From Candidatus Poribacteria bacterium (lineage in GTDB: Bacteria; Poribacteria; WGA-4E; UBA9662): a stretch of DNA of 64,000 nucleotides. The notes beneath the pieces are model-generated. The model saw only the letters and a program-made list of their open reading frames with translations, was not told where the DNA came from and made no database searches. The stretch is taken from contig JAYGDX010000336.1 in the NCBI GenBank assembly GCA_046582655.1, forward strand, positions 9,826 through 73,825, read 5' to 3'. Within the stretch, counting starts at the first letter, position 1; every line of letters starts with the position of its first letter. Both the position numbers and the translations under genes were made by a program. Of the stretch, positions 21,570 through 32,799 are shown one piece after another.

Positions 21570-22562
21570 CTACGGCCCAATCTTGACAGTCATTTTACCC
21601 ATATTCTCGCCTTTGAAAAGGCCAATAAAGGCCTGCGGTGCGTTTTCCAAGCCTTCTATGATGGTTTCTTCCCACTTGATCATCCCTTCGTTTATCCACT
21701 GACGCATGTCGCCATAAAAGTCGGACACGCGATCCGTATGGTCAGAGACGATGAAGCCCTGTAATTTGAGGCGTTTGCCGATAGCAGAGATGAGGTTCTT
21801 AGGGCCAGGCTGTGGCGCAGTCTCGTTGTATTGCGAGATCATACCACACAAAATAATGCGTCCAAACACGTTCATTAGCGAAATAGCGGCTTCTAAGTGC
21901 TCGCCACCGACATTCTCGAAGTAAATGTCGATTCCGTCTGGACAATGCTGCCTTAGTTCGTCTTCTAAGTTATTAGCCTGCTTATAGTTAAAGGCCACAT
22001 CGACACGCGCCTTTTCTAGGAGCCAGTTCACCTTCTGATCCGAACCGGTGCTACCAACCACGTGGCAACCTTTGATTTTGGAAATCTGGCAGGCAATTGA
22101 ACCCACTGCTCCAGCGGCAGCGGAGACGAAAACCGTTTCTCCTTCTTTGGGTTGACCGATGTCTAGTAACCCGACGTAGGCCGTCCGTCCAGGCATGCCA
22201 ACTGTGCCTAGAAAGGATTGGATCGGGGCGATAGTAGGGTCAATCTTGGTCATCCCCTTCGCGGGAGAGACATAGAATTCTCGCCAGCCCAGCATGCCCA
22301 ACACATAATCTCCAACTTGAAACCGATCACTATTCGATTTCACAATCTGCCCCACACAGCCGCCTTCCAGTGTCTTACTAAGCTTGGCATTCCGCATGCC
22401 ACCGCGCATGTAGGGATCGACCGACATGTAAATGTTTCGAACAAGGACTTCTCCCGTTTAGGGCTCTGGGATTGTAACTTCGACTAGCTCGAAGTCGCTT
22501 TCATCGGGCATGCCGATAGGATGACTCTTGAGACGAATTTCTCGGCTTACAATATTAGCCAT
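21570..22562 (-). pseudogene. NADP-dependent alkenal/prostaglandin reductase-like (CurA/YncB family) oxidoreductase with a premature stop
   Basis: Frame starts at ATG 22562 after AGGAG (MANIVSREIRLKSHPIGMP...), has an in-frame TAA at 22458-22460 (codon 35), then SVDPYMR, SAAAGAVG and GIDIYFENVGG. Confidence 0.8.
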
Positions 22563-22631
22563 CTTCTTCTCCTTTTGAGTGGATTTCTGAATCGCAAAAG
22601 TAATAAAGGATGGTTCAGAGAACCCGAGATT

Positions 22632-23480
22632 CTATCGAAGGATCCTCTGATCACTGAGATCTTTTCCGCCAACGGACTTCACAATGCTTGCGACACGGTA
22701 CTCCTTGATTTCCAGCTCATGAAAGGCGTTGACGATATGGTACTGCGTCGGTAGGTCTTCCCATCTGGCTTTATGAAACTCTACCGTCCCCTCACCCCGC
22801 CACATCTCTTTGACCACGGAATTCGAGCCCTCAGCCGGCGTCAGTACGGCGTAGCCGACATCGGCGTGGTCCCATTCCTCGGTTCTAGGCATATACTTAT
22901 AGTGCAAGGTTCCCTTCAGCACACCATCATCCGGTTGTTCGGCTGCTGGTGCTGGGGATGGGTTTAGTGACACAGGCGTCATGTTCGTCAGTTTCATGTC
23001 CATGAACTTGAAGCCGAGCCAACTGGCAATGCAGTGGGTTTCCCTATTAAGAACGGTCGGCTCTGGAAGTTCGCAGTAGATTTTGGAGAAACCCAACTGT
23101 TCACGACCGGTCAGAATCGGGTCGCACAGATTTTCCCAAAGCACCGTCAGCAACCCACCTTTCGCACGGTCTCGCTCTCCATTGAAGATGGCGGAAAAGC
23201 TGACGCCGAGGATATTATATCCGCGACCGGCCAACCACTCGATCTCCTTCATATAGGATGCTGAGACACTAACAACCGGTTCATCACCAACCTCGAATCC
23301 CTCGGGCAACAGTTCTTCAAGTTGCTCGCGATTCGTCAAGAAACTGACCGATATGCTCGTTGTCTTGGGGTTGTCCTTGCACTCGAATGTGCGTCCTTCC
23401 GGCCCCTGTCTTGGTCCCATGCTTGGGCCAAAATGTGTGGGCATCATGTACATCTTGCCAGGTTGAAATTTGTAAGGCAT
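22632..23480 (-). CDS. Acetoacetate decarboxylase family protein
   Basis: LEELLPEGF, WLAGRGYN and ILTGREQLGFSK (Schiff-base Lys region) motifs. Confidence 0.8.
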   Translation of the reverse strand: MPYKFQPGKMYMMPTHFGPSMGPRQGPEGRTFECKDNPKTTSISVSFLTNREQLEELLPEGFEVGDEPVVSVSASYMKEIEWLAGRGYNILGVSFSAIFNGERDRAKGGLLTVLWENLCDPILTGREQLGFSKIYCELPEPTVLNRETHCIASWLGFKFMDMKLTNMTPVSLNPSPAPAAEQPDDGVLKGTLHYKYMPRTEEWDHADVGYAVLTPAEGSNSVVKEMWRGEGTVEFHKARWEDLPTQYHIVNAFHELEIKEYRVASIVKSVGGKDLSDQRILR

Positions 23481-23904
23481 GATATTCCTCCTGTTGGTTT
23501 TTGGATCATAATACCAATACTAAATGAATGTCACTGACTGAAATACAACACGCATGTCTTTTGGTGCGTTATTTGTGATGAAATTTTCCAAGCTGTTTCA
23601 ACCACGGATAGAGGTTAGTACGCTTCTTGACAGCTCTCGATTCAGTTCGATTGGGACGGCGTGGCAATTTTTCGGTTGCAACCAAAACCAAGAGCCAAAG
23701 TATAAAGATATTGTTTCCGTTTATATTGGTCAGAAACCATCGCACCCATAAAAATCGAAATATGTTGTATTATGGCTGAAAATTTACTTTTAGTCGGTAG
23801 TAGATTGTGTCCGTATCAGGTGGATTGTGTTGCCTGAAGGCTTGCGACTTCGACTACAATCCTAGTCGAATTTAACTTTCGAATTTGTGTTATGGATTGA
23901 TAGC

Positions 23905-24729
23905 TTACATTTTTTCACGCAGGAAATCGATGCATTCAGGCACCTGTGTTTCGCTGAGACCGTGAAGAATAAGCGGGACATCAAATTCGAGGTTATCGAG
24001 CAATGATAGATAGTGGCGATAATCCAACAGACCTTTTCCCGCAGCAAGATGTCCGGCCTCACCATCATGGTCAAGGTCTTTGGCGTGTGCGATAATAATG
24101 TCCTCATCCAGCAACACGAAGGCTTCATCAAGGATTTCTCTCATGCGCGGAAGTTCGCCGGCATGAAAGATATTGGCGCCATCTATAACGACCTTCAGAT
24201 AAGGTGAACCCATCTCATCGAGCAAGCGACGGGCTTTTTGGGCAGAATCCACCACATTGGCAACTTCAGGCTCGAAGGCAAGAGTGATTTTGTATTCCTT
24301 AGCGATTTGTAAGGCTTGATGCATGGTTTCGACCAAATCGTTCCAAGCTTCAGGCGAATCATTATCAGGATGGCGTCGCCACATACTTTTGGAATCTCGT
24401 GTGCCGGTACATAACGTGATAACCGACGTGCCAACTTTCTCACAAGCCGATGCCAACACACGTAATCTTCGTAATCCATCGGTACGTTGCTGTGAATCAG
24501 GATGAATCATGTTGAAGGTACCAGAAATCGCGGCCATGTTGACATTGCGTGTGTCAAATTCTTTACGGATCTGATCACATAGTTCGGCATCGATCTGCTC
24601 TGGCAGTTCAGGGAGACCTACCCTGCCAAGACCAAATTGCATGCAGTAAATGCCATAGTTTACAATAGCATCAAGTGTTTCTGAAAGCGTTGGACGAACA
24701 ATGGTTCCGTCCATAATTCCAATTTGCAT
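23905..24729 (-). CDS. Sugar phosphate isomerase/epimerase
   Basis: SGTFNMIHPD, LAFEPE, DGAN, HAKD and AAGKGLLDY motifs. Confidence 0.88.
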   Translation of the reverse strand: MQIGIMDGTIVRPTLSETLDAIVNYGIYCMQFGLGRVGLPELPEQIDAELCDQIRKEFDTRNVNMAAISGTFNMIHPDSQQRTDGLRRLRVLASACEKVGTSVITLCTGTRDSKSMWRRHPDNDSPEAWNDLVETMHQALQIAKEYKITLAFEPEVANVVDSAQKARRLLDEMGSPYLKVVIDGANIFHAGELPRMREILDEAFVLLDEDIIIAHAKDLDHDGEAGHLAAGKGLLDYRHYLSLLDNLEFDVPLILHGLSETQVPECIDFLREKM

Positions 24730-25072
24730 TGACTTAACCTTTTCGGATTTTGAGATAGTTCATTTCCTGCAGTGTGGCACCATGACTATGTCTATTCTAC
24801 TGTGTAGTATATCCAACATCGACTATATAAGTAGCTCACTTGCCATTTCCCGTTCCCGTGGAATCCAGACATTCATCGAGCCGTTGTCTCCGTTGCACCA
24901 CGAAAAGCAAGGAACAAAGGCCATATGTGATTTCTGCCAATATTCTCTCGAGGATTTTCCCAGCCGGAATCAACAACTTTGGCCGAGCAAATGCTTTTGA
25001 TCTCAGGATTCAAGAGACAATTACAAATGACTTGTGAATCCTGCTTTTTCGTCCTTTGCCGTAACAGCATTA

Positions 25073-26023
25073 CTATTCTTTCGACCAGTATAACTCTTTC
25101 AGGCGACGTATGTACTCTCGATCCCTTTTCTCGATCGCCTCGTCAAATTTTTCCGAGTCGACGAACCACGGTTTCCCTTCAGCCAGACGTGCTCTAATTT
25201 TTTCAGTAGCCTCGTCGAAGGGTTCGGAGGCTTGTCTGGTTCGCCGCGGCGCCCGAATATCCGCCGACCATTTCCAGATACCTGCCAAATCATAGTGCCC
25301 AAACGGACCCTCATGTGGCATACGAAAACCAAAGGCAGCTTTGATCCCAAGCTCTATTTCTTCAGCGGTCGCCACGCCCTCTGCCCACAATCGATGTGCT
25401 TCCCGACTCATTGCGCCTTGGATCCGGTTCAGCAGGTAGCCCGGTAACTCTTTGAGCACACGGATGGGGACTTTCTTTACCCTTTTCATCAAGTTGTAGA
25501 TGATGTTATATGTTTCATCTGATGTCCCGGGACCTTTTGCTACCTCAACCCCGGGCACGATGTGTGGCGGCGCAAAATAGTGCGTCAACCCGATTTTGTC
25601 CTGCCGCTTGACATCTGCACCTATATCACTGAGAACCAGTCCCGATGTATTGCTGACGATGATGGTATGCAGTGGGCACAGTTTATCAAGTGCATTGAAG
25701 AGTTCTTGCTTGTCTTGCAACCGCTCGACAATGGCCTCGGTGATGAAATCGCTATTCGCCGCTACTTCTTCCAAATCAGTGGTCGTGGTTATTCGACTCA
25801 TGGTGTCATCGGCTTGCTTTTGGGTTATCAATTCCTCCTCGACAAGGAGAGCCATGGCAGATTTAACTTGCTTCATTGACTGTTCTAGGATTTCATCACT
25901 CAAGTCACGGATAACGGTGGAGTATCCCCATAGCGCAAAGTTTATGGCGATACCGAAGCCCATTGTCCCACCGCCAACAACTCCTACTCTTTTGATATCT
26001 GCTAGATTCATATTATTCTTCAT
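25073..26023 (-). CDS. 3-hydroxyacyl-CoA dehydrogenase family protein
   Basis: VVGGGTMG, EAIVE, SNTS, HYFAPP and PGYLLNRIQ motifs. Confidence 0.9.
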   Translation of the reverse strand: MKNNMNLADIKRVGVVGGGTMGFGIAINFALWGYSTVIRDLSDEILEQSMKQVKSAMALLVEEELITQKQADDTMSRITTTTDLEEVAANSDFITEAIVERLQDKQELFNALDKLCPLHTIIVSNTSGLVLSDIGADVKRQDKIGLTHYFAPPHIVPGVEVAKGPGTSDETYNIIYNLMKRVKKVPIRVLKELPGYLLNRIQGAMSREAHRLWAEGVATAEEIELGIKAAFGFRMPHEGPFGHYDLAGIWKWSADIRAPRRTRQASEPFDEATEKIRARLAEGKPWFVDSEKFDEAIEKRDREYIRRLKELYWSKE

Positions 26024-26324
26024 GTGTCCTTTCTTTTGGTGTCTCCTTGTTTTCGGCCTATAGGGTAGGGCTATCAACGATCGTCATGCATTGAATTTGC
26101 TCGTTTTTATATCTGGCTCGCATTTTATGTCAACTCCCAAATACCCTGCTTTCAAGGTATAGCATTGAAAGTACGGGATACATCAATGGGACCTCGCGAA
26201 GTTCCTCTAGCTCGCGGTCTCATCAGCCAACCCATAATCCTCGCAGGCGATTCTCAAAATCGTGTTCCAAACAGTAAGGAATACATTGAGCGATGCATGG
26301 TGAATGAGTAGGGAAACTAAATAC

Positions 26325-27998
26325 TCATGCTGGAGTCCACGCTCGGGGTGCAATACCTTCAAGGTGTGTTTTGACATCGACAACCGCTGGTTTTCCCACA
26401 GCAAACGCCTGATCAAGTGCACCCGAAAGTTCACTAGGTTTGTGGACCGTAATGCCGAAACATCCCATCGATTCGGCCATTTTGGCGAAATCAGCATCGG
26501 GGAAAAGCCAGAGTTCATCGGAGCCGGGAGTCTGTCCACCGTAGACAGACTCGACACCGCCCTTTTCCTGGTTCAGGGAGTGATTGTTGTTAACTAGGAT
26601 GACCACGTTGATGCCACATTTCATAGCGGTATCCAACTCCGACAGATGGTACCAGATACCACCATCGCCGGTGAAGCAGAGCACGGGACGACCGGGTTGG
26701 GCACATTTGGCACCAATGGCCGCGGGTAGCCCCCAACCCAACGAACCCGAGCAACGAATGAACATCTGGTCGGAATGTTTCAGGTCGATTATGGTGCCGG
26801 TCCAGATGCCCGAATGCCCTGTGTCGGAGACGAGAATCACGTCGGAAGGGAGGTAGTCGGTCAGTTCCCTGCAGAGACGTTCTGGTCGCATCGGAACCAT
26901 GTCCGAGTTGACTACATCACTAACGCTCTCTTTCCAGTTTTTAACTAATTCCTGTAGCTGGTTAATCCAATGTGTGCGTGGTTCAATGGTTTCTGCATGT
27001 TCAATCATTCTGCGCAGTGAGTTTCTGACGTCGCCCTGCATCCCTACTTTAATCGGGTAGTTGCGGCCCAGTTCATCTGGGTTGATATCGAGTTGGATGA
27101 TCGGTGTCCCCTGTGGTGGAATTTGGTATCCGTTGGTCACTTGGCCGCCAGTGTGACTGCCGATGAAGAAGACCAAATCTGCCTCGCAGACGGCTTGGTT
27201 TGTGCACGCTCGCGAGTATAAGCCGGGGACGCCCACCGCCAGTGGATGATCATAGGGAAACATGGCTTTGGCATTCAAGGAAGTAGCGACCGGGATGGAA
27301 AGTTTCTCGGCCAATTCCAGCAGTTCGGCTCTAGCCCCTGAAGCAGTCACGCCACCGCCAGCTACGATGACGGGTCGTTTAGCCTGAGTGAGCAATCGGA
27401 GTGTTTCCATCACTTTTTCTAGCTCCGCTTCCGGTCGGAAAGGCGGTACCTGGACAAATGACTCTTCGATGATGACTTCCAGATCTGCCTCGTAATCCAC
27501 GACCATTTGTCCCGCAAGACCTTCCAGATCCAGATGGACTGGTGCTGGTGTACCCGAGGTGGCCGAACGGAAGGCTTGTCGCAAATAGATGGGCAGTTGT
27601 TCCGGATTGGCTACAAAGGCGCTATATTTGGTGACCGCCGAGAAAGGGTTAACGTGGTCAACTTCCTGATAGGCATGACGTTGCTGGTTAATCTGGTTTT
27701 CCCGTCCAGTCAAGGCAATTACCGGAGCGCAGGCTAGATAGGCATCCTGTAGTCCCGCTGCTAGGTTGACCGCCCCCACTGACTGTGCCATACAGAGGCT
27801 AGGGCTACGTTTTATACGAGCATAAGCATCGGCCATATATGCAGCTGCTTTTTCCCCATGGGTCTGAATACGCTTAATCCCCAACTTCTCCATTTCCATT
27901 AGGGCTCTAGGAGCGATATAGGGCATAAAAAAGACGTGAGTTATCCCGTACCCGTGGATGGTCTCAGCCATGAATCGAGCTCCAGTCATCTTTGACAT
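26325..27998 (-). CDS. Thiamine pyrophosphate-binding enzyme (acetolactate synthase-like superfamily)
   Basis: HGEKAAAYMADAYAR, GSLGWGLPAAIGA and GDGG...NN TPP motifs. Confidence 0.92.
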   Translation of the reverse strand: MSKMTGARFMAETIHGYGITHVFFMPYIAPRALMEMEKLGIKRIQTHGEKAAAYMADAYARIKRSPSLCMAQSVGAVNLAAGLQDAYLACAPVIALTGRENQINQQRHAYQEVDHVNPFSAVTKYSAFVANPEQLPIYLRQAFRSATSGTPAPVHLDLEGLAGQMVVDYEADLEVIIEESFVQVPPFRPEAELEKVMETLRLLTQAKRPVIVAGGGVTASGARAELLELAEKLSIPVATSLNAKAMFPYDHPLAVGVPGLYSRACTNQAVCEADLVFFIGSHTGGQVTNGYQIPPQGTPIIQLDINPDELGRNYPIKVGMQGDVRNSLRRMIEHAETIEPRTHWINQLQELVKNWKESVSDVVNSDMVPMRPERLCRELTDYLPSDVILVSDTGHSGIWTGTIIDLKHSDQMFIRCSGSLGWGLPAAIGAKCAQPGRPVLCFTGDGGIWYHLSELDTAMKCGINVVILVNNNHSLNQEKGGVESVYGGQTPGSDELWLFPDADFAKMAESMGCFGITVHKPSELSGALDQAFAVGKPAVVDVKTHLEGIAPRAWTPA

Positions 27999-28027
27999 TA
28001 TGTGTTCTCCTTTGATTATGATATTTC

Positions 28028-29110
28028 TTAGGTTAGATCTAATACGCTACGAGCCACCTCACCCTTGCCCAAGGCGGTGAATGCCTGATTGACTTCTTCT
28101 AGTGGATAGACTCGCGTCACCAACTCGTCCAGCTTAAGCTTGCCCGCTTTGTAAAGACCAAGCAGTCGTGGGAAATCGACTCGCGGACGGCACGTCCCGT
28201 AGAAAGAACCAATCACCATCTTCTCTAAGAACAAAATACGGGCATCAAAATCGACTGGTGTGTTAACGGGCGCGTGACCGACATAGACGGTGATGCCTCG
28301 TTTGCGGGTGCAGAGAATTGACTGCTTAAATGGATCACTGACAAGGCCAATGGCCTCAAAGGCATAGTGTACCCCTTGGTCGTCGGTCAGTTCTTGGATG
28401 GCTTCGACTGGGTTAACCTGTGATGAATTGACGGTATGCGTTGCGCCAAATTGTTGACCCCACTCGAGCTTGTTGTCTAGGATATCGACGGCGATAATTG
28501 GTTCCGCACCAGCAATCATTGCGCCTTGTATCATGTTCAGCCCGACGCCGCCACAGCCGAAGACCGCTACCGATTTTCCCGGTTGTACGTTGGCTGTGTT
28601 CAGGGCGGCTCCCACACCCGTTATTACGCCACAACCGACTAGTGCAGCCTGTGGGAGAGGGATTTCTTTGTCGATCGGAATAACCACATCTTGGGGTACG
28701 ATGGTCTCGGTGCTGAAAGTTCCCAGCCCATTAAACTTGTCCATCTGGCGATCACTCTCTGGGAAATGGGGGTGTCCACGTTGATCCGCTGGTACGTCAC
28801 AGAGATTTGGATAGCCAACTTGGCACATCTCACAGAGACCACAATTACGTTTCCATGACAATACCACGTGATCTCCCACCTTCACGTTGTTGACCGCTGA
28901 TCCAACTTCTTCTACTATACCAGCTCCTTCATGGCCTAAAATGATTGGAACTGGGATGAAGGGCCACTCGCCCTTGATCACGTGCCAATCCGAATGACAG
29001 ACACCACTGGCGACTAGCCGGACACGAACCTGATCATTTTCGATGTTGGGTAGCGCAAATTGCTCGATTTGTAGGGGAGTATTGATATCGTAAAGTACGG
29101 CAGCTTTCAT
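28028..29110 (-). CDS. Zn-dependent alcohol dehydrogenase (class III/aryl-alcohol type)
   Basis: GVCHSD, LGHEGAG, the four-Cys structural Zn cluster and GCGGVG. Confidence 0.93.
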   Translation of the reverse strand: MKAAVLYDINTPLQIEQFALPNIENDQVRVRLVASGVCHSDWHVIKGEWPFIPVPIILGHEGAGIVEEVGSAVNNVKVGDHVVLSWKRNCGLCEMCQVGYPNLCDVPADQRGHPHFPESDRQMDKFNGLGTFSTETIVPQDVVIPIDKEIPLPQAALVGCGVITGVGAALNTANVQPGKSVAVFGCGGVGLNMIQGAMIAGAEPIIAVDILDNKLEWGQQFGATHTVNSSQVNPVEAIQELTDDQGVHYAFEAIGLVSDPFKQSILCTRKRGITVYVGHAPVNTPVDFDARILFLEKMVIGSFYGTCRPRVDFPRLLGLYKAGKLKLDELVTRVYPLEEVNQAFTALGKGEVARSVLDLT

Positions 29111-29166
29111 GAGATACTTTCCTTAAAAATAAGGCTGATTGCAAAGATAAAGTTTTTACCATCTGT

Positions 29167-29967
29167 TTAGCGCAGATGATCCAATACTGCTAAGGGGGTA
29201 GCCGCCAACAAACCAGCATCAATGGGTAACACTATCCCAGAAATCCAGCGAGATTCTTCACTGGCCAGGAATACGGCGGCCCAAGCGACATCCCAAGCAT
29301 CCCCTTCGGTGCCCAAAGGTCCAGCTTTACGGCGCAATTCTCGTTGCTCGTCAGAAATTTCTGCTACAAAAGGGGCATGGAGATGGCCTGGCGCGATACA
29401 ATTGACCCGAACATTCTCCCGTCCATGATGAACGGCCATTGCCTTCGTCAAGGTAACTAATCCACCCTTGGCCACCGCATAGGGGATGTTTGGTGTCATT
29501 CCGGCTCGCAAACCATCAATGGAAGAAACGTTGATGATCGCTCCTCCGCCGGAGTCTGACATCATAGGTACAGCATATTTGCAGGCTAAAACTGCACTTT
29601 TCAGGTTTCCATCTAAAGCTCGATTCCAAACGGAGTCTTCGACCTCGGTCACCATGCCTGGTCCACCTGTACCCACATTATTGAACAGAATATGCAGTGC
29701 TCCATAGCGTTCCAGGCAAGTCTCAACCATAGCACGGCAACTTGGCTCTTGGGTTACATCGGCTTGAAATACAGAAGCTTGTCCGCTCTCCGCTTCAATG
29801 GTCGCTTGGGTTTCTTTGGCTCGCTCAATGTCCAAATCTACAAGCAAAACTTTGGCTCCCTGCTGGGCAAAAAGAATGGCGGTTGCCTGCCCCGTGCCTG
29901 TCATTGGCCCACGAGAACCAGCCCCCGTAACAATGGCCACTCTGTCTTGCAGCCTTTTGCTACTCAT
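29167..29967 (-). CDS. SDR family oxidoreductase
   Basis: VTGAGS...GTG, NNVG, YAVAK and RVNCIAPG motifs. Confidence 0.93.
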   Translation of the reverse strand: MSSKRLQDRVAIVTGAGSRGPMTGTGQATAILFAQQGAKVLLVDLDIERAKETQATIEAESGQASVFQADVTQEPSCRAMVETCLERYGALHILFNNVGTGGPGMVTEVEDSVWNRALDGNLKSAVLACKYAVPMMSDSGGGAIINVSSIDGLRAGMTPNIPYAVAKGGLVTLTKAMAVHHGRENVRVNCIAPGHLHAPFVAEISDEQRELRRKAGPLGTEGDAWDVAWAAVFLASEESRWISGIVLPIDAGLLAATPLAVLDHLR

Positions 29968-30039
29968 AGCGGATCCTTTTGTAAGTCATCAAATTTTGTT
30001 CTCTATTTTCAATAAGTTAATTAACTCTTTCAATGCCCA

Positions 30040-30207
30040 ACCACCACATCCAAAGCATTCCAGATGAGTGCGCAACGCGGTGATCTCGTCTTGGCTGAGC
30101 GCGTTCTCGGGAATACAGCAACCAAACTCATCCAGATTTTCTTTGGCCGGCGTGAGATCAGTGGTTTCCTAGAGATAATCATTTTTCGGTTGGTTTAACT
30201 TTGTCAT
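30040..30207 (-). pseudogene. N-terminal remnant of a PhyH-like gene
   Basis: After GAGG RBS: MTKLNQPKNDYL*ETTDLTPAKENLDEFGCCIPENALSQDEITALR, which resembles PhyH N-termini. Confidence 0.45.
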
Positions 30208-30804
30208 GTGAGTTCGCCTCGCCTGATACAGTACAGGCTCTAGAAAAATAGTCTACTCTTTGAATTACGCACTTGTTAATTGTCTTATAAATCAGATGAT
30301 CATATTTACATAGTGCTTAACCTAACTCTGTAGCTTCCTTGAGTATCTGATTTCTGGTCATTTAACAGCCGTCAACGTACATCATCTCTTGCTTTTACCG
30401 TGTAATTAACTACATCTTAGATAAAGATGTCCTTTACCTAAGGTCTGTATTAGATAATTCTGCGATGCCGTACTTGATCAATAAAGGTAAGTCTTCGATA
30501 GGTTGAGCTAATTGGGCAAAGCATTCTATCATGATTAATGTGCCAGCGTAAAGCGGTGAGTTAGCTATAAGTGACTGGTTTTGACAAATGGTTGGGTAGG
30601 ACAGTGACGGAAGGGGCAAGTCGAGAGGCTTTCAACCTGCCTTTCGATTAGATTTATTAGCATTTAGCTGACGGATATTGCCAAGTTTGTTGGATACGGT
30701 TCAACCCTTATTTAACGGCTAATGTTAGTTTCGTAGTAGATTTCAGTTTTAACCAAGATGCAGAAACTATTGCTGTGAGGTAACGTGTTTTTTTGAGGGC
30801 TAAT

Positions 30805-32799
30805 TTAAGTGTAAATTAAGTTGTCAAATCTTGGATCTTCTTTTAATTCTCTCATTCGAATATCCTCTCCAATGGTTTTATCGCGGTATACAAAACCATA
30901 TTTTTCCTGAGAACTATTCAGCCAACTGAAACTGCTATCTTTTTTATCCATACCTGCATAGATTAAGGCAACTGAAAATTCCAACAACGGGTCATTCCCA
31001 TAATTCTGTTTTATTTTTGCTATGAATTCATCTGCATCTTTCTTTTCTCCCATTCTGGCTAGAATATAGCCTCGATGAGCAACTGTATTTATATTCGTAT
31101 ACGTTTGTGAGAGGGAATCTAGTTCTCTTAAAGCACTTGAGTAATCATGCAAAGCCGTTAGTGACAAGGAGATTATGAATCTTGCTAAATAGTGAGACGG
31201 ATCTAATTCAAGAAGACCGCGCATTTGTTTAATAGTTGACTGGTAGTTACCCTGATAAAAGTATATATATGCTAACCCATTTTGAGCAGGTATAGACAGA
31301 GGATCTAGGGAGATGGTCATTTGCATTTTCTGGATAGCGGATTCAAACTCGTCCATACGTCCAAGGATGAAAGCATGTTCCTGAATCGCTTCACTATTAC
31401 CTGGATTTAAAATAACAGCGTGCCTTACAAGTTTTTCAGCTTGTTTTTGGTCGTGATCGATAAATTCCCAGGCTAAGGCTAAAGCAGTATAGGCTTCTGA
31501 TGTGTTCGCATTTAGATGTAAAGATCTTTCAGCATTCTCAAAAATTATCTCTCTCAACTCATTGTTGATTGTGATAAACCCAAACGCCCCCATAAGAATT
31601 TTATTCAAAGCAATTTCAGCGTAAGTTGGGGCATGTCTGGGGTCGAGTTCGATTGACTTTTGGAGATATACCTGAGCACGATTCATACTTTCTAAGTCTT
31701 TTCTTTGTCGAGATTGTCTTCCCATTAGATAAAGTTTGTATGCTTCTGGTTTTATTGTTTTATTCGCGTCTGTTTGTTCAAGCCTTAGCTTGTCTTGTGG
31801 AGTGAGATTTGATTCTATTCCATCAATAATTGCCATAGAAACATCCTTTAATATTGATAAAACATTTTGCAGATCTCGCTTATAGGTATTCGACCAGATT
31901 TGTTTGTCCATTTTAGCATCGAGCAGATTTACACTTATTTGAACTTCATCCATATAAATGATTATTGATCCTTCAACTAAATAATTGACATTTAACTCAT
32001 GAGCAATTTCCGGTACTTTTTTCTCTGTGTTTTTGTAATGCATCGCTGACGTCCGAGAAATCACTCGTAGACCATTAATCTTACTGAGATTTGTAATAAT
32101 TGCGTCTGTCATCCCATCAGCAAAAAATTCATCTTCATCTTTTCCCGAAATGTTAAGAAATGGGAGAATAGCTATAGAATTTTGTGCTTCATCAATACTT
32201 ACTTGAGAAAGGACTTCGGATTGAATTAAATTGTCTTCAATGTATTTTGATGCTGGTTTAGGTAGGTTATGAGAAGTAATTGCAAAAACCTTAATATCAC
32301 GACTAACCCCTTTCAATTTAGGATTTCCGATGAAAATTGTTTCGTATTCAGGCGTTCTTTGTAAACTTGGCTGAACACTTTCTGAGATTGCAATTCCTCC
32401 GATAGGTGAGTATTTCTCAATTCGGCTAGCAATGTTTACATCATCTCCGTAAACATCATTTTCTGTTTCGAGAATTTCTCCAACATGAATAGAGATTCTG
32501 AGATTTAAACCTTCAACTCTCTTCGATATTTTTTGGATCTCAATACAGCAACTTACGGCACTTATTGCAGTTCCAAAAATTAAAAGAAGACCATCCCCCA
32601 TTTCCTTTAACCAAACTCCCTGATATTTTTCAACGATTGGTTTCAATACGTTTCTTTGATATTCTACGAGTTCCAGTGCATCATCTTCATTCTTAGAGGT
32701 CAACTCAGTAAAACCAGCAATATCAGTAAAAACAATGGCTGCAAGTTTACGGTTGTCTTGATTACTTTTCTCTTGTCTCATTTCTTTGTTAAAAACCAA
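30805..32799 (-). CDS. Class III adenylate/guanylate cyclase with TolB-like and TPR domains
   Basis: LAAIVFTDIAGFT, KEMGDG, DVYGDDVNIASRI and SIAILPFLNIS...FADG motifs; C-terminal TPRs; start may be ATG 32781. Confidence 0.9.
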   Translation of the reverse strand: MVFNKEMRQEKSNQDNRKLAAIVFTDIAGFTELTSKNEDDALELVEYQRNVLKPIVEKYQGVWLKEMGDGLLLIFGTAISAVSCCIEIQKISKRVEGLNLRISIHVGEILETENDVYGDDVNIASRIEKYSPIGGIAISESVQPSLQRTPEYETIFIGNPKLKGVSRDIKVFAITSHNLPKPASKYIEDNLIQSEVLSQVSIDEAQNSIAILPFLNISGKDEDEFFADGMTDAIITNLSKINGLRVISRTSAMHYKNTEKKVPEIAHELNVNYLVEGSIIIYMDEVQISVNLLDAKMDKQIWSNTYKRDLQNVLSILKDVSMAIIDGIESNLTPQDKLRLEQTDANKTIKPEAYKLYLMGRQSRQRKDLESMNRAQVYLQKSIELDPRHAPTYAEIALNKILMGAFGFITINNELREIIFENAERSLHLNANTSEAYTALALAWEFIDHDQKQAEKLVRHAVILNPGNSEAIQEHAFILGRMDEFESAIQKMQMTISLDPLSIPAQNGLAYIYFYQGNYQSTIKQMRGLLELDPSHYLARFIISLSLTALHDYSSALRELDSLSQTYTNINTVAHRGYILARMGEKKDADEFIAKIKQNYGNDPLLEFSVALIYAGMDKKDSSFSWLNSSQEKYGFVYRDKTIGEDIRMRELKEDPRFDNLIYT

